Source: Actinomycetales bacterium (GTDB lineage Bacteria; Actinomycetota; Actinomycetes; S36-B12; UBA5976). From it: a stretch of DNA of 64,000 bases. Of the stretch, positions 11,968-21,892 are shown piece after piece (position 1 is the stretch's first letter; the number at the start of each line of letters is the position of its first letter). The translations under genes were made by a program, and so were the position numbers. Location: positions 4,742-68,741 of the forward strand of contig JAIXQF010000001.1 of NCBI GenBank assembly GCA_027484085.1. The letters run 5' to 3'. The notes under the pieces are model-generated. The model ran no database searches, had not been told where the DNA came from, and worked only from the letters and a program-made list of their open reading frames with translations.

Positions 11968-12963
11968 ATGACAAGCAGCTTGGATCTTGAACCGAAACCC
12001 GCAGTGATTCATATTGTTCGCACAAGAGGCGATCGAATTTTTCGTGGAATCCTTATCGTTGGTGGTCTGATATCTTTCCTGGTTCTTGCTGGAATTTTCG
12101 GCTACCTAGCCCAGAGCGCTGCACCAATCTTGAAAGCTTTCGGATTCCAATTTTTCACTGATAGCTCATGGTATGTCGGCGATGGTTTACTCCCTTCCGA
12201 AGGTTCCATGGATCCACCAATATTTGGAATTTTGCCAATGTTGTGGGGTTCCGTATTGATCGCCATTATTTCTGTTGGCATTGCGCTACCACTTGGTGTT
12301 GGTATCGCGCTCAGTATCGTTTACTTAATTCCAAAGCGAGCCGTATTCGGCCTTACGGTTTTCATCGATTTAATTGCGGCAATACCGTCGATTATTTTTG
12401 GGCTTTGGGGATTTTTTGTTCTAATCCCACACGGTGTTCTTTGGTCCGCCTGGCTGAACGAAAAGCTTGCCTTCATTCCAATTTTTAATGTGGAGTTCCC
12501 TGCATTCGAGCAAAGTCCATTTATGGCAGGTTTAGTCCTGGCAATCATGATTACTCCAATCGTGGCCGTGGTCTCGCGTCAGATATTTTCGCTAGTTCCA
12601 CCGGAACTAATTAATGCCGCACAAGCACTTGGTGGATCGCGCTGGACAATTATCCGCGACGTAGTACTTCCGTTCAGTAAGGGCGGAATCGTCGGCGGTG
12701 CCATGCTGGGTATTGGTAGAGCCTTAGGTGAAACAGTCGCCGTGTTCTTCGTGCTGCAACTGTTCTTTGATGAAGTGAACTGGTACCGAATTTTGGAGAG
12801 TTCCGGCGGCTCAGTAGCTTCCTTGATCATCGCCAAGTTTGGTGAGGCTAGCCCGCTAGAAGTTAGTGCGCTTTTTGCCGCTGGACTTGCACTGTTTGTG
12901 GTCACATTGTTGGCCAATGCAGCAGCAGCAGTTTTGGTTAACTCGAGTAAGGGCAAGAAATGA
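11968..12963 (+). CDS. pstC: phosphate ABC transporter permease PstC
   Basis: Six or more TM helices. AQALGGSRWTIIRDVVLP permease signature. ATGA overlap with pstA. Confidence 0.88.
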   Translation: MTSSLDLEPKPAVIHIVRTRGDRIFRGILIVGGLISFLVLAGIFGYLAQSAAPILKAFGFQFFTDSSWYVGDGLLPSEGSMDPPIFGILPMLWGSVLIAIISVGIALPLGVGIALSIVYLIPKRAVFGLTVFIDLIAAIPSIIFGLWGFFVLIPHGVLWSAWLNEKLAFIPIFNVEFPAFEQSPFMAGLVLAIMITPIVAVVSRQIFSLVPPELINAAQALGGSRWTIIRDVVLPFSKGGIVGGAMLGIGRALGETVAVFFVLQLFFDEVNWYRILESSGGSVASLIIAKFGEASPLEVSALFAAGLALFVVTLLANAAAAVLVNSSKGKK

Positions 12964-14012
12964 CAATTACGAGCACTCTTAAATCCCGTAAACCTTGGGA
13001 CGCTAAAGACAAAAAGTACCAATTACAACAGCTTTTAGTTCACGTTGGAACTCCAATACTTGCCGTGTTAGTGGTTGCGAAAACTGGAATCCGCGGTGGC
13101 TCTGGTTTGTTTTTCACTTGGCTTGGTCTCCACTTGGTAACTGGTGCACTGCTTGCAAAATTTGGTCGCCGTAAATACTCAATCGCCAATTCAACTATCG
13201 AAATCTTGTTGGCAGCCAGCTTGATCGTATTCATCACAGCTGCAATGTCGGTGCTCGCACCAGTTTTTACCAAGGGCACTGCAGCTTTTTCTTCCAACCT
13301 GCTCTTCCAAGACGCTTCCACCACTGAGCCAGGAGCTGAACTGATAACTGGTGGAATCCTGCATGCGATTATTGGTACCACAATTATTGTTCTTTTAGCC
13401 TCAGTTATTTCTATCCCAATTGGAATTTTGGCTGCATTATATGTAACTGAAGTGCGCGGAAGGCTCACTCCTTACGTCAGGTTCTTCGTGCAGGCCATGT
13501 CAGGCGTGCCATCGATTGTTGCCGGACTATTCGTATATGCAGCATTGATTGTTTCTGGAGTTTTGAATTTCTCTGGTCTCTCAGGTGCGATCGCACTATC
13601 AATTCTTATGCTTCCAACGGTCGCCAGAACTGCTGAAGAAGTATTGCTGCTGGTTCCTGACGATTTGCGTTCAGCAGCTCTAGCTCTTGGGGCAACCCAG
13701 CGCAAGGTTATTCGTATGGTGGTTCTGCCTTCAGCTGGAGCTGGCTTGGTAACTTCGTCAATTCTGGGAATTGCCCGCGTGACCGGCGAGACTGCACCGT
13801 TGTTGTTGACCGCTTTTGGATCAACTCAAATCAATACAAATCCGTTCACAGATCCAATGGCTGCGCTACCTATCTACATCTTCACCCAGATGCTATTGGG
13901 AACCGATAATGACGTGGCACGAGCTTGGTTTGCCTGCATGGTTCTCATGATGATGGTGGGTCTGCTATTTGGAACGGCTCGACTTTTGGTCAATCGTCGG
14001 AATTTGAAGTAG
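12960..14012 (+). CDS. pstA: phosphate ABC transporter permease PstA
   Basis: AALALGATQRKVIRMVVLPSA signature in a multi-TM protein following pstC. Confidence 0.88.
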   Translation: MTITSTLKSRKPWDAKDKKYQLQQLLVHVGTPILAVLVVAKTGIRGGSGLFFTWLGLHLVTGALLAKFGRRKYSIANSTIEILLAASLIVFITAAMSVLAPVFTKGTAAFSSNLLFQDASTTEPGAELITGGILHAIIGTTIIVLLASVISIPIGILAALYVTEVRGRLTPYVRFFVQAMSGVPSIVAGLFVYAALIVSGVLNFSGLSGAIALSILMLPTVARTAEEVLLLVPDDLRSAALALGATQRKVIRMVVLPSAGAGLVTSSILGIARVTGETAPLLLTAFGSTQINTNPFTDPMAALPIYIFTQMLLGTDNDVARAWFACMVLMMMVGLLFGTARLLVNRRNLK

Positions 14013-14136
14013 CGAGATTAACCAAAAGTTCACCTAATAGGCCTTCATTTGTAAGGTTATAGACAACTGGTATTCGGGTAGATGGCTTAACTTTCAGGAA
14101 GGTAATCAAAATTACCGTCCTATGAAAGGAGTAAGC

Positions 14137-15207
14137 ATGGCAAAGCGCCTGCTAACATCAATCGTTTCCCTGGGGTTTGTTGCCTCAGTACTTATCGCTA
14201 CACCAGCGCAGGCGGCAGACAATCTAAAGGGTGCCGGTTCCTCCTTTGCTAACAAATTCATTGTTTCTTGCGGTCTAGCAGATCCAAATACAACTATCAC
14301 CAACTACAACCCTGCAGGTTCCGGAACTGGCCGCAGCGCATTCGCCAATGGAACAGTAGATTTCGGTGCCTCAGATGCAGTGGCCACACTTTCCCTTACT
14401 GGCGCTCGCAACGGTGGGTCTTACGCTTATGTGCCTGTAGTCGGTGGGCCAATCGCAGTTCTTTACAACATCCCAGGCATTGCAAATGGGCAACTACGCC
14501 TTGACGCCACCACAATCGCAAAGATCTACTCAGGCAAGGTTAAGACTTGGAATGACCCTGCAATTACTGCTCTGCAGACTTCAGCAGTAAAGAGCAAGCT
14601 TCCTAACAAGCCAATCCGCGTTGCATACCGCGCCGCATCCTCTGGAACATCCGAAAACTTTACGGATTACATGCGTCAAAATGCACCTTCGGTGTGGACT
14701 AAGGCAAAGAACACCACAATCGCTTCCGGTAACCCGGCGGGTCGTATGCCAGGTGGATCAATTGGTGCCGCAAACTCACAAGCACTTGTGTCCTCAGTAA
14801 AGAGCACAAGTTACGCAATCGGCTATGCAGATTTATCTGACGCAGTTACTTCCAAGATTCCGTTTGCAACAATCAAGAACCAGAACGGTGAATGGATTGC
14901 ACCTACGTCCGCTGCATCCGCAAAATTCTTAGCAGCATTTAGTGGTGCCTCCGGGTTCAACGCTTCAACTGGAGCGGTAACCTTAAACTTCACTAAGAAG
15001 GTACCCGGCGCATACAACATGTCTTTGATTACTTATGCAATCGTCGACAAGAACTCTTCAAGTGCAAAGGCTGCAAGTGTCGAAGCCTTCGTTAAGTACA
15101 TGCTGAATACATGTGGTCCTTCAAAGGCTGCTTCCTTGGGCTATGCACCAATCACGGGAACCTTGAAGACCAAGGCTCTTGCAATTGCGGAAGGCATCCG
15201 TCAGTAA
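14137..15207 (+). CDS. pstS: phosphate ABC transporter substrate-binding protein PstS
   Basis: Signal peptide MAKRLLTSIVSLGFVASVLIATPAQA, then KGAGSSFANKF and GSGTGRSAF motifs. AAAGGAG lies just upstream of ATG 14137, so the ORF-track start 14122 contains the RBS. Confidence 0.88.
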   Translation: MAKRLLTSIVSLGFVASVLIATPAQAADNLKGAGSSFANKFIVSCGLADPNTTITNYNPAGSGTGRSAFANGTVDFGASDAVATLSLTGARNGGSYAYVPVVGGPIAVLYNIPGIANGQLRLDATTIAKIYSGKVKTWNDPAITALQTSAVKSKLPNKPIRVAYRAASSGTSENFTDYMRQNAPSVWTKAKNTTIASGNPAGRMPGGSIGAANSQALVSSVKSTSYAIGYADLSDAVTSKIPFATIKNQNGEWIAPTSAASAKFLAAFSGASGFNASTGAVTLNFTKKVPGAYNMSLITYAIVDKNSSSAKAASVEAFVKYMLNTCGPSKAASLGYAPITGTLKTKALAIAEGIRQ

Positions 15208-15230
15208 TAAAGTTCTAGCTCGAAAGTAGA

Positions 15231-15280
15231 CAAACCCTCCTCCTGGGCCAAAAGCCAAGGGGGAGGGTTTGTTGTTATTT
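15231..15280 (+). terminator. rho-independent terminator between pstS and pstB
   Basis: CAAACCCTCC (15231-15240) pairs with GGAGGGTTTG (15262-15271). The inner stem extends the helix, and GTTGTTATTT follows. Confidence 0.7.
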
Positions 15281-15322
15281 GAGTGGATTTTGCCTTTGAT
15301 CTGATTACCCGTTAGATCAAAA

Positions 15323-15344
15323 GTTAACCAGTTATTCACTTTAT
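15323..15344 (+). promoter_or_regulatory. PHO-box-like pair of adjacent 11-nt direct repeats upstream of pstB
   Basis: GTTAACCAGTT immediately followed by ATTCACTTTAT, about 70 nt upstream of the pstB start. Confidence 0.35.
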
Positions 15345-15410
15345 CTACCCCTTGGCGTTAATCGTCACTGTTACGGTCAAAGCACAAATCAAACAGAAAG
15401 CGAGCTCCCC

Positions 15411-16232
15411 GTGGAAGCTTCAATCGACACTGCAACCGTCCAAGATGGACAGTTACTAACGGACGTAGCACACCTTGAAGCTCGCAACATCAACGTTTGG
15501 TTCAGCGGAAAGCATGTGCTTTCTGACGTAAACCTTCGCTTCCCAAAGAACTCCGTAACCGCATTGATCGGACCTAGTGGATGTGGAAAGTCAACATTCA
15601 TCCGCACCTTAGATCGCATGCATGAACTTATTCCTGGCGCGCAGCTTTCCGGTGAAGTTTTGTTTAACGGCAAAAACATTTATGGTCCAGCCGTAGATCC
15701 AATTGAAGTTCGCCTTGGAATTGGAATGGTATTTCAAAAGCCAAATCCATTCCCAACTATGACTATCCGTCAAAACGTTTTGTCTGGCCTTAAGCTTTCT
15801 GGCCGTCGAGTTCGCGATGAAGATTCACTTGTCGAAAGTTGCATCACTCGCGCAAGCCTTTGGCCAGAAGTTAAGGATCGCTTAGATTCAAGTGCAGGTT
15901 CGCTTTCTGGTGGACAGCAGCAGAGACTTTGTATCGCGCGCTCCTTGGCACTTGATCCAGAAGTTTTGCTAATGGACGAACCATGCTCAGCACTTGATCC
16001 AGGTTCCACACGTCGCATCGAAGCAACAATCCGCGAACTGTCTGAATCTATGACAATCGTTATCGTGACTCACAACATGCAGCAGGCTCAGCGCGTATCT
16101 GACCAAACCGCATTCTTCCTATCTGAAGAAGGCGAACCAGGTTGCGTTGTTGAATTCGGTCCAACCGACAGCTTGTTTAGTGCACCTAACGATCCACGTA
16201 CTGAAGATTACGTAAACGGTCGCTTCGGGTAA
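15411..16232 (+). CDS. pstB: phosphate ABC transporter ATP-binding protein PstB
   Basis: [10 protein letters not shown] Walker [14 protein letters not shown] signature, LLMDEP Walker B and C-terminal [13 protein letters not shown] start. Confidence 0.92.
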   Translation: MEASIDTATVQDGQLLTDVAHLEARNINVWFSGKHVLSDVNLRFPKNSVTALIGPSGCGKSTFIRTLDRMHELIPGAQLSGEVLFNGKNIYGPAVDPIEVRLGIGMVFQKPNPFPTMTIRQNVLSGLKLSGRRVRDEDSLVESCITRASLWPEVKDRLDSSAGSLSGGQQQRLCIARSLALDPEVLLMDEPCSALDPGSTRRIEATIRELSESMTIVIVTHNMQQAQRVSDQTAFFLSEEGEPGCVVEFGPTDSLFSAPNDPRTEDYVNGRFG

Positions 16233-16235
16233 GCG

Positions 16236-16718
16236 TTAGTCACCAATTAGGTGACGAAACGATTCCAAATTCGCAAGGTCCATACCTTTACTAGTTCGCC
16301 ATGCCCATTCTTTTTCTATGGCTGAGCGGAAGCCTAGTTCTAGCAACATGTTGAATGAATTGTCACTCGTTGAAAGTGTGACGCCAAGTAACTGATCAAC
16401 TTGAGACAGGTCGACTGTTTCAATCGGAAGCGTTCCCGAAAGATAAATGTCACCAAGATGATCTAGGCAATAGTTGATTACTAGCAGCTTGCGATTTTGT
16501 TCCAAAATCCAGCGATAAACCGCTTCATGGTTTTCATCAGGATTTCTTGCCACAAAACTTTCGATCTTGAAAAGCTTTTCGCCAAAGGTCATGGCCACAT
16601 TCACGAACTGCTTATTGGTTCCCGGGAGTGAAACAACTACTGTTTTGTCTCCGACTAACTCGAACTGCAAATCCTGCGAAGCGAGGAAATCTGCTACCTC
16701 AGTAACTGTGAGGGTCAT
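16236..16718 (-). CDS. YbjN-like domain protein (homologue of the conserved gene downstream of mycobacterial mshA)
   Basis: 160 aa, acidic and soluble. Overlaps the mshA stop by 4 nt. Synteny with mshA recalled from M. tuberculosis (Rv0486-Rv0487). Confidence 0.45.
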   Translation of the reverse strand: MTLTVTEVADFLASQDLQFELVGDKTVVVSLPGTNKQFVNVAMTFGEKLFKIESFVARNPDENHEAVYRWILEQNRKLLVINYCLDHLGDIYLSGTLPIETVDLSQVDQLLGVTLSTSDNSFNMLLELGFRSAIEKEWAWRTSKGMDLANLESFRHLIGD

Positions 16719-17989
16719 GAGTTAGCTCGCAAAATTGAAGACTTAACCGCTTCACTGTAAACAGTTATCAATTTGTCAGTCGTATCTTCCCAGCCAAAGT
16801 GCGACGCATGCGCAATCGCACCCTCTGAAAGCTTGGCTCGTAGCTCTTCGTTCAAGACCACTTCGATGATGTGATCTGCCCAGGTAGCAGGCTCATGTCC
16901 GTCAACCAGAATTCCACTGATTCCATCGCGTACCGCAGTCGGTAAACCACCAACTCGAGCTGCAATAACTGGAGTGCCACAGGCTTGAGCTTCAATTGCT
17001 ACCAGCCCAAATGATTCGCTATGCGAGGGAACCACACAAACAGTTGCCGCTTGGAACCACTTAACTAATTCGGCGCGGCTGGTTGGTGGGACAAAATTGA
17101 CTACATCAGCCACGCCAAGTTGCTGGGCAAGGGTAACTAAAGCATCAGGTCTTTCTAGTCCGCTACCTGAAGGCCCACCACAAATTGCAACCACGAGCCG
17201 ACTTCGCAACTCTGGGTTTCGCTTCAAAATCTCTGCCGCAGCTTCAATCAAAACATCAGGTGCTTTAAGTGGTTGAATTCGACCAACAAATAACAGCACG
17301 ATGGCATCATCGGGCACCCCAAGATCTTTACGAGCCGCGATCTGATTACCTGGCACAAACGTATCGAGATCCACACCAGGGTGAACCACGCGAACTCGGT
17401 TTGGATCTGCGTGATAAAGCTCGATTAATTCTTTTGCCTCAGCATGAGTGTTCGCAACGAGTCGGTCTGCTGCGTTTACAACCTGCTCTTCACCAATTTC
17501 ACGAATCGCGGGTTCGGGTGCATCACCTTGTGCCAGGGTTAAGTTCTTTACGCGCGCCATGGTGTGCATTGTGTGAACCAATGGAACACCCCAGCGCTCT
17601 TGGGCGATCCATCCCACTTGGCCAGATAGCCAATAGTGGCTGTGAATCAAATCGTAGAAACCCTCTTGCTTTGCTGCCTCGGCTCGCAGCACACCAGCGG
17701 TTACGGCACAAAGTTGCGCAGGTAGATCTTCTTTTCGCAAGCCTTCAAATGGTCCAGCTGGAATGTGGCGAACAATGACACCGGGTGCAAGTTCTGAAAC
17801 TTCAGGTTCAGTTAAGGAAGTCGCCCGAGTAAAGATTTCCACCTCGATACCGCGCACTGCAATTCGTTTGGCAGTTTCAGCGATGTAGACATTCATGCCA
17901 CCTGAGTCACCAGTACCAGGTTGGTGCAATGGAGAGGTGTGGACAGAGAGAATCGCAATGCGATTAAGTTCCGGAAGAGAATTTTTCAT
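16715..17989 (-). CDS. mshA: D-inositol-3-phosphate glycosyltransferase (mycothiol biosynthesis)
   Basis: [28 protein letters not shown]-terminal MshA signature in a GT4 fold. ATG at 17989 is preferred over the TTG at 18004. Confidence 0.88.
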   Translation of the reverse strand: MKNSLPELNRIAILSVHTSPLHQPGTGDSGGMNVYIAETAKRIAVRGIEVEIFTRATSLTEPEVSELAPGVIVRHIPAGPFEGLRKEDLPAQLCAVTAGVLRAEAAKQEGFYDLIHSHYWLSGQVGWIAQERWGVPLVHTMHTMARVKNLTLAQGDAPEPAIREIGEEQVVNAADRLVANTHAEAKELIELYHADPNRVRVVHPGVDLDTFVPGNQIAARKDLGVPDDAIVLLFVGRIQPLKAPDVLIEAAAEILKRNPELRSRLVVAICGGPSGSGLERPDALVTLAQQLGVADVVNFVPPTSRAELVKWFQAATVCVVPSHSESFGLVAIEAQACGTPVIAARVGGLPTAVRDGISGILVDGHEPATWADHIIEVVLNEELRAKLSEGAIAHASHFGWEDTTDKLITVYSEAVKSSILRANS

Positions 17990-18049
17990 GTTTGCCCTGT
18001 ACAAACTTAGCGAAAAGGCATAACTTAAGAAACTTTTCTAGGAATTGCC

Positions 18050-18700
18050 TTAATTGCTAGCGTAAGGTTCACCGGTCACGATGTAGATAACCCGACGACC
18101 AAGCGATACTGCGTGGTCCCCAAAGCGCTCGTAGAAGCGACTTAGCAACGTAACGTCAATTGCTGCTTCCACGCCATGCGACCACGAATCTGACAAGACT
18201 GCGGTGAATAGGTCTCGATGTAGCCGATCCAAAGTGTCGTCGTATTGATTCATTCGGTCGGCGAGTGAGGTGTCGCGAGTCTGAATTACTCGACCAGCTT
18301 CAGCAACGATTTTGCTAGCTGCATCTCCCATTTCTCTAAATGTGGATTGCAGTTCAGCAGGGATGGAAGGGCTTGGATAGCGCAATCGAACTTGCTTTGC
18401 GATGTGTTCTGCGAGATCACCCATCCGTTCAAGGGATGTAGCCATACGAATGCCACCCATGACCATGCGTAAATCAGTTGCCATCGGTGCATCGAGGGCG
18501 GCTATTCGAAAACATAGCCCTTCAATCTCAGAGTTAAGTTCATTAATTTCATGGTCACCTGAGATAACTTGTTCGGCCAAAGAGAGATCGTCTGTTAGCA
18601 GGGCACTAGTTGCTTTCGTTATGGCCTCGCCCACAAGTTCAGACATCTGAACCAATTTGGTGGTAACCGTTTCAAGTTTGTTTGAGTTGTCTTCGCGCAT
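18050..18700 (-). CDS. phoU: phosphate signalling complex protein PhoU
   Basis: Duplicated PhoU helical repeats (ATSLERMGDLAEHIAKQ and LLSRFYERFGDHAVSLGRRV). ATG at 18700 is preferred over the TTG at 18721. Confidence 0.88.
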   Translation of the reverse strand: MREDNSNKLETVTTKLVQMSELVGEAITKATSALLTDDLSLAEQVISGDHEINELNSEIEGLCFRIAALDAPMATDLRMVMGGIRMATSLERMGDLAEHIAKQVRLRYPSPSIPAELQSTFREMGDAASKIVAEAGRVIQTRDTSLADRMNQYDDTLDRLHRDLFTAVLSDSWSHGVEAAIDVTLLSRFYERFGDHAVSLGRRVIYIVTGEPYASN

Positions 18701-18891
18701 GGTCTTGAGTCTAAACCGCAAACGCTAAATCTGGGCTTTAAAAGGCGGTTAGATAAACGCTTAGCAACCAACTGGCTAATTCTCAGTTCTAAATAGATGA
18801 ACAATGAGTGAAATTGGGCTAGCCACGAGGTGTCTTGCCTAGGACCTCTCTATCCTTGGAGAGTGTTCAAGTTATCCAATGAATCCCTTGT

Positions 18892-20010
18892 GTGGTGTGG
18901 GTTTTGAGCATCCTAAAACGTAAATTTATCGGTGAATCTGGTGACCCAAGCCAAGATGAACAAACTCAAAAAGCTCGGGTGGCAGCCCTTAGCCAGATCT
19001 TGGATGTCTTGCCCGACGCCGCCGCCATCATTGATGCCTCGGATCAAGTCTTGGAGGCAAGCGCAAACTGTGTCGCAATGGGTTTGGTAAGTGGAGACCG
19101 ACTAGCACCAGTTGAGGTTCGGGCCTTGAATCGCGAAGTTCAGCGGCTTAGAAAAACTCAAAGCCGGGAATGCGTTATCAACCGCAGTGGCTCGAAACTT
19201 GGGGCCTGGGAAGCGCGAATTCAAATCTCACCAATCGATGAAGACTTGAGCTTGATGATCGCTCAAGATCTCAGCGAAGAGCGTCGCTTAAATGATGTGC
19301 GAAGAGACTTCGTCGCAAATGTGTCGCACGAACTAAAGACTCCTGTTGGCGCGTTATCACTCTTGGCTGAAGCGGTACAAGCTGCAGATACCGATATCGA
19401 ACAGGTTCGTCGCTTCACAAGTCGAATGCAAATCGAAGTTAAGCGATTGACCGCAATGATTTCTGATCTCGTTGCGCTATCCCAAGTTCAGGGCGACTTA
19501 GCACTTCGAAATTCCACTCCGGTTGAGGTTAGGAACATTATTGCTGAAGCTGTAGATGCCACGAAAATCCTCGCGGAACAAAACAACATCGAAGTCACCA
19601 TTGGTGATGATGTTGAAACTGGCAGAGTTTTTGGCGACGAGCAACAGTTGGTTACTGCGCTAAGCAATTTGATTTCAAATGCAATCAAGTATTCGCCTGC
19701 CAATACCAAAGTAGGCGTTGGCTCTCGTCGTGTGGAAAACATGATTGAGATATCGGTGACTGATCAAGGTCCAGGAATTCCAGATTCCGACGTTGAAAGA
19801 ATTTTCGAAAGATTTTATCGAGTAGATCCAGCGCGCTCCCGTGATACCGGTGGCACTGGATTAGGACTTGCGATTGTGAAGCACGTGTGTGCCAATCACG
19901 GTGGCGAGTGCACAGTCTGGTCACAGATCGGTCAAGGCTCCACTTTCACATTACGTTTCCCTGCTTACCTAAACGGGTCAGCATCACCAACGGAGGTATC
20001 AGGCAAATGA
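18892..20010 (+). CDS. senX3: phosphate-sensing histidine kinase SenX3
   Basis: H-box FVANVSHELKTPVGAL, N-box SNLISNAIKYS, G-boxes DQGPGI and GTGLGLAIVK. Coupled to regX3 and divergent from phoU. Confidence 0.85.
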   Translation: MVWVLSILKRKFIGESGDPSQDEQTQKARVAALSQILDVLPDAAAIIDASDQVLEASANCVAMGLVSGDRLAPVEVRALNREVQRLRKTQSRECVINRSGSKLGAWEARIQISPIDEDLSLMIAQDLSEERRLNDVRRDFVANVSHELKTPVGALSLLAEAVQAADTDIEQVRRFTSRMQIEVKRLTAMISDLVALSQVQGDLALRNSTPVEVRNIIAEAVDATKILAEQNNIEVTIGDDVETGRVFGDEQQLVTALSNLISNAIKYSPANTKVGVGSRRVENMIEISVTDQGPGIPDSDVERIFERFYRVDPARSRDTGGTGLGLAIVKHVCANHGGECTVWSQIGQGSTFTLRFPAYLNGSASPTEVSGK

Positions 20011-20687
20011 CACGGGTACTGGTAATCGAAGATGAAGAATCATTCCGCGACGCATTGCAATTCATGTTGACTCGTGAAGGATTTGACGTTGTTCTAGCTG
20101 CAGATGGTTCTGAAGGTATGAAGCAATTTGATATCAAGAACCCGGATTTGGTGCTTCTGGATCTGATGTTGCCTGAGGTTTCTGGTACGGAAGTTTGCAA
20201 ATTTATTCGAAGTAAGTCGAATGTACCTGTCATCATGTTGACCGCTAAAGATACCGAAATCGACAAAGTCGTTGGACTTGAACTTGGTGCAGACGATTAT
20301 GTAACTAAGCCGTTTTCCACTAGAGAACTGCTAGCTCGTATCAAGGCAGTCCTTCGTCGTGGCAGCGATTTTGAATTCGAAGCAGTCGGTGCTGTCGAGG
20401 GTGGGCCAATTCGAATGGATGTCGAGCGTCACGCACTTTCAATTAATGGCAATCCAGTTTCAATGCCTTTAAAAGAATTCGAACTGCTTGAATTTCTAAT
20501 GCGTAATTCCGGTCGAGTTCTAACTAGAGGCCAACTTATGGATCGCGTCTGGGGCTCAAACTATGTTGGTGATGGCAAAACTTTAGATGTTCACATCAAG
20601 AGAATTCGATCCAAGATTGAACCGGATCCAGCGAATCCTGTTTACTTAACTACGATCCGTGGTTTGGGTTACCGCTTCGAAGCTTAA
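20007..20687 (+). CDS. regX3: OmpR-family response regulator RegX3
   Basis: MTRVLVIEDEESFRD receiver domain and winged-helix C-terminus TIRGLGYRFE. ATGA overlap with the senX3 stop, so the ORF-track start 19887 is an artefact. Confidence 0.9.
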   Translation: MTRVLVIEDEESFRDALQFMLTREGFDVVLAADGSEGMKQFDIKNPDLVLLDLMLPEVSGTEVCKFIRSKSNVPVIMLTAKDTEIDKVVGLELGADDYVTKPFSTRELLARIKAVLRRGSDFEFEAVGAVEGGPIRMDVERHALSINGNPVSMPLKEFELLEFLMRNSGRVLTRGQLMDRVWGSNYVGDGKTLDVHIKRIRSKIEPDPANPVYLTTIRGLGYRFEA

Positions 20688-21187
20688 GAAGCGCTTGGTG
20701 CGGGAATTTCTATTTCTTCGTAGAAGCCTGACTTATCGTTAATCAGTAGTGACATTGGCACTGACTGTCCACTAGCGAACAGGAACGAAAGATTTACATA
20801 AGTTCCAGGCTTAAGTTCATTACCGACGCTGGTGATAACAATGCGATACTCCGAATCAAAACCAACGTTAACTACATCTTTGGATGAAAGTGGAATGCTA
20901 ACTTCACCAGCAACGCTGACTGAATCTGCAACAACAACGCCATTAAGAACGTCATCTTTTGCATCGTCTGTGTTGATTACTGTCATAAGGACTGTTGCGC
21001 GAGAAGGATCAGCCGCGTCAGCTACAACAGTTGCATTGCGAATTTGAATTGCGCCCACATCAACACTTCGACCATTTCCAGAGTCACCCTGGGCATTTGT
21101 GGCGGCATTAAAGCCGGTGGCACATCCACTAAGCACTAGGACGGCGGCACTTAGGAGTGCTGCAACTGCGAAGTTTTTACGTGCCAT
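20684..21187 (-). CDS. lipoprotein with PCu(A)C/DUF461-like pattern lacking His/Met copper ligands (LpqE-like)
   Basis: Signal peptide with lipobox LSGC. Beta-rich 167 aa. The pattern IQIRNATVVA...LMTVINTDD...LKPGTYVNLSFLF resembles DUF461, but the H..M motifs are absent. Confidence 0.4.
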   Translation of the reverse strand: MARKNFAVAALLSAAVLVLSGCATGFNAATNAQGDSGNGRSVDVGAIQIRNATVVADAADPSRATVLMTVINTDDAKDDVLNGVVVADSVSVAGEVSIPLSSKDVVNVGFDSEYRIVITSVGNELKPGTYVNLSFLFASGQSVPMSLLINDKSGFYEEIEIPAPSAS

Positions 21188-21344
21188 GGATGTTGTCCCC
21201 TTTGGTTCAATAACTGGTTCAAAAGTTTCTCAGCCCTAAGTCTACTTGCGAGAATATTTCTCGGTTTTGGCATCCATTTGTGAGTCAGCCAAAATTCCCA
21301 GAATTGGAACAAGGGTCAATTTCCCCATTGTTTTAGGGACTTTT

Positions 21345-21377
21345 TTGGCATCGTTGCGGCGTGTCGCGTGGTAGAAT
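21345..21377 (+). promoter_or_regulatory. candidate carD promoter (extended -10 TGgTAGAAT)
   Basis: TAGAAT at 21372-21377 with TG at 21369-21370, about 33 nt upstream of the carD ATG. The TTGGCA at 21345 is too far away for a canonical -35. Confidence 0.35.
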
Positions 21378-21409
21378 CTAAGTTCAAGGCAACCAAAGGA
21401 TCAATTTAA

Positions 21410-21892
21410 ATGGCCTACAAAGTCGGCGAAACTGTCGTTTACCCACATCACGGTGCGGCAGACATCATTTCTAAAGAAAAGCGCACCATCAAGGGTGAAG
21501 AGCGTGAGTATTTAGTCCTTCGCGTCCACCAGAGTGATCTGACGGTGCGTGTGCCCTCTGACAATTTGGACCTAGTTGGCGTTCGCGACGTAACTAGCCA
21601 GGCTGGCCTGGAAAAAGTTTTCGGCGTCCTACGTATGCCATATGTTGAAGATCCTGCAAACTGGTCCCGCCGATTCAAAGCAAATACCGAGAAGCTTTCT
21701 TCAGGTGACGTAATCAAGGTCGCTGAGGTAGTGCGCGACCTTTGGCGTCGTGCTCAAAAGAAGCCACTTTCAACTGGTGAGAAGAGCATGTTGGCTCGCG
21801 CTCGCACCCAGTTGATTAGCGAAATTGCATTAGCTGAAAAAACTAATGAAGTTCGCGCCGAAGAAGTCCTCGACGAGGTATTGGCTTCCTAA
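21410..21892 (+). CDS. carD: RNA polymerase-binding transcription factor CarD
   Basis: [19 protein letters not shown] tudor-like N-domain. 160 aa. Followed by ispD-ispF as in mycobacteria. Confidence 0.92.
   Translation: MAYKVGETVVYPHHGAADIISKEKRTIKGEEREYLVLRVHQSDLTVRVPSDNLDLVGVRDVTSQAGLEKVFGVLRMPYVEDPANWSRRFKANTEKLSSGDVIKVAEVVRDLWRRAQKKPLSTGEKSMLARARTQLISEIALAEKTNEVRAEEVLDEVLAS

Noticed and set aside
14028-14050. GTTCACCTAAT upstream of pstS, and GTTAACATTTT (11924-11934) upstream of pstC, as PHO boxes.
   Set aside because: Only single units are present. The neighbouring TTCA-containing word is offset by 15 nt rather than 11, which is too weak to call without a genome-wide motif model.
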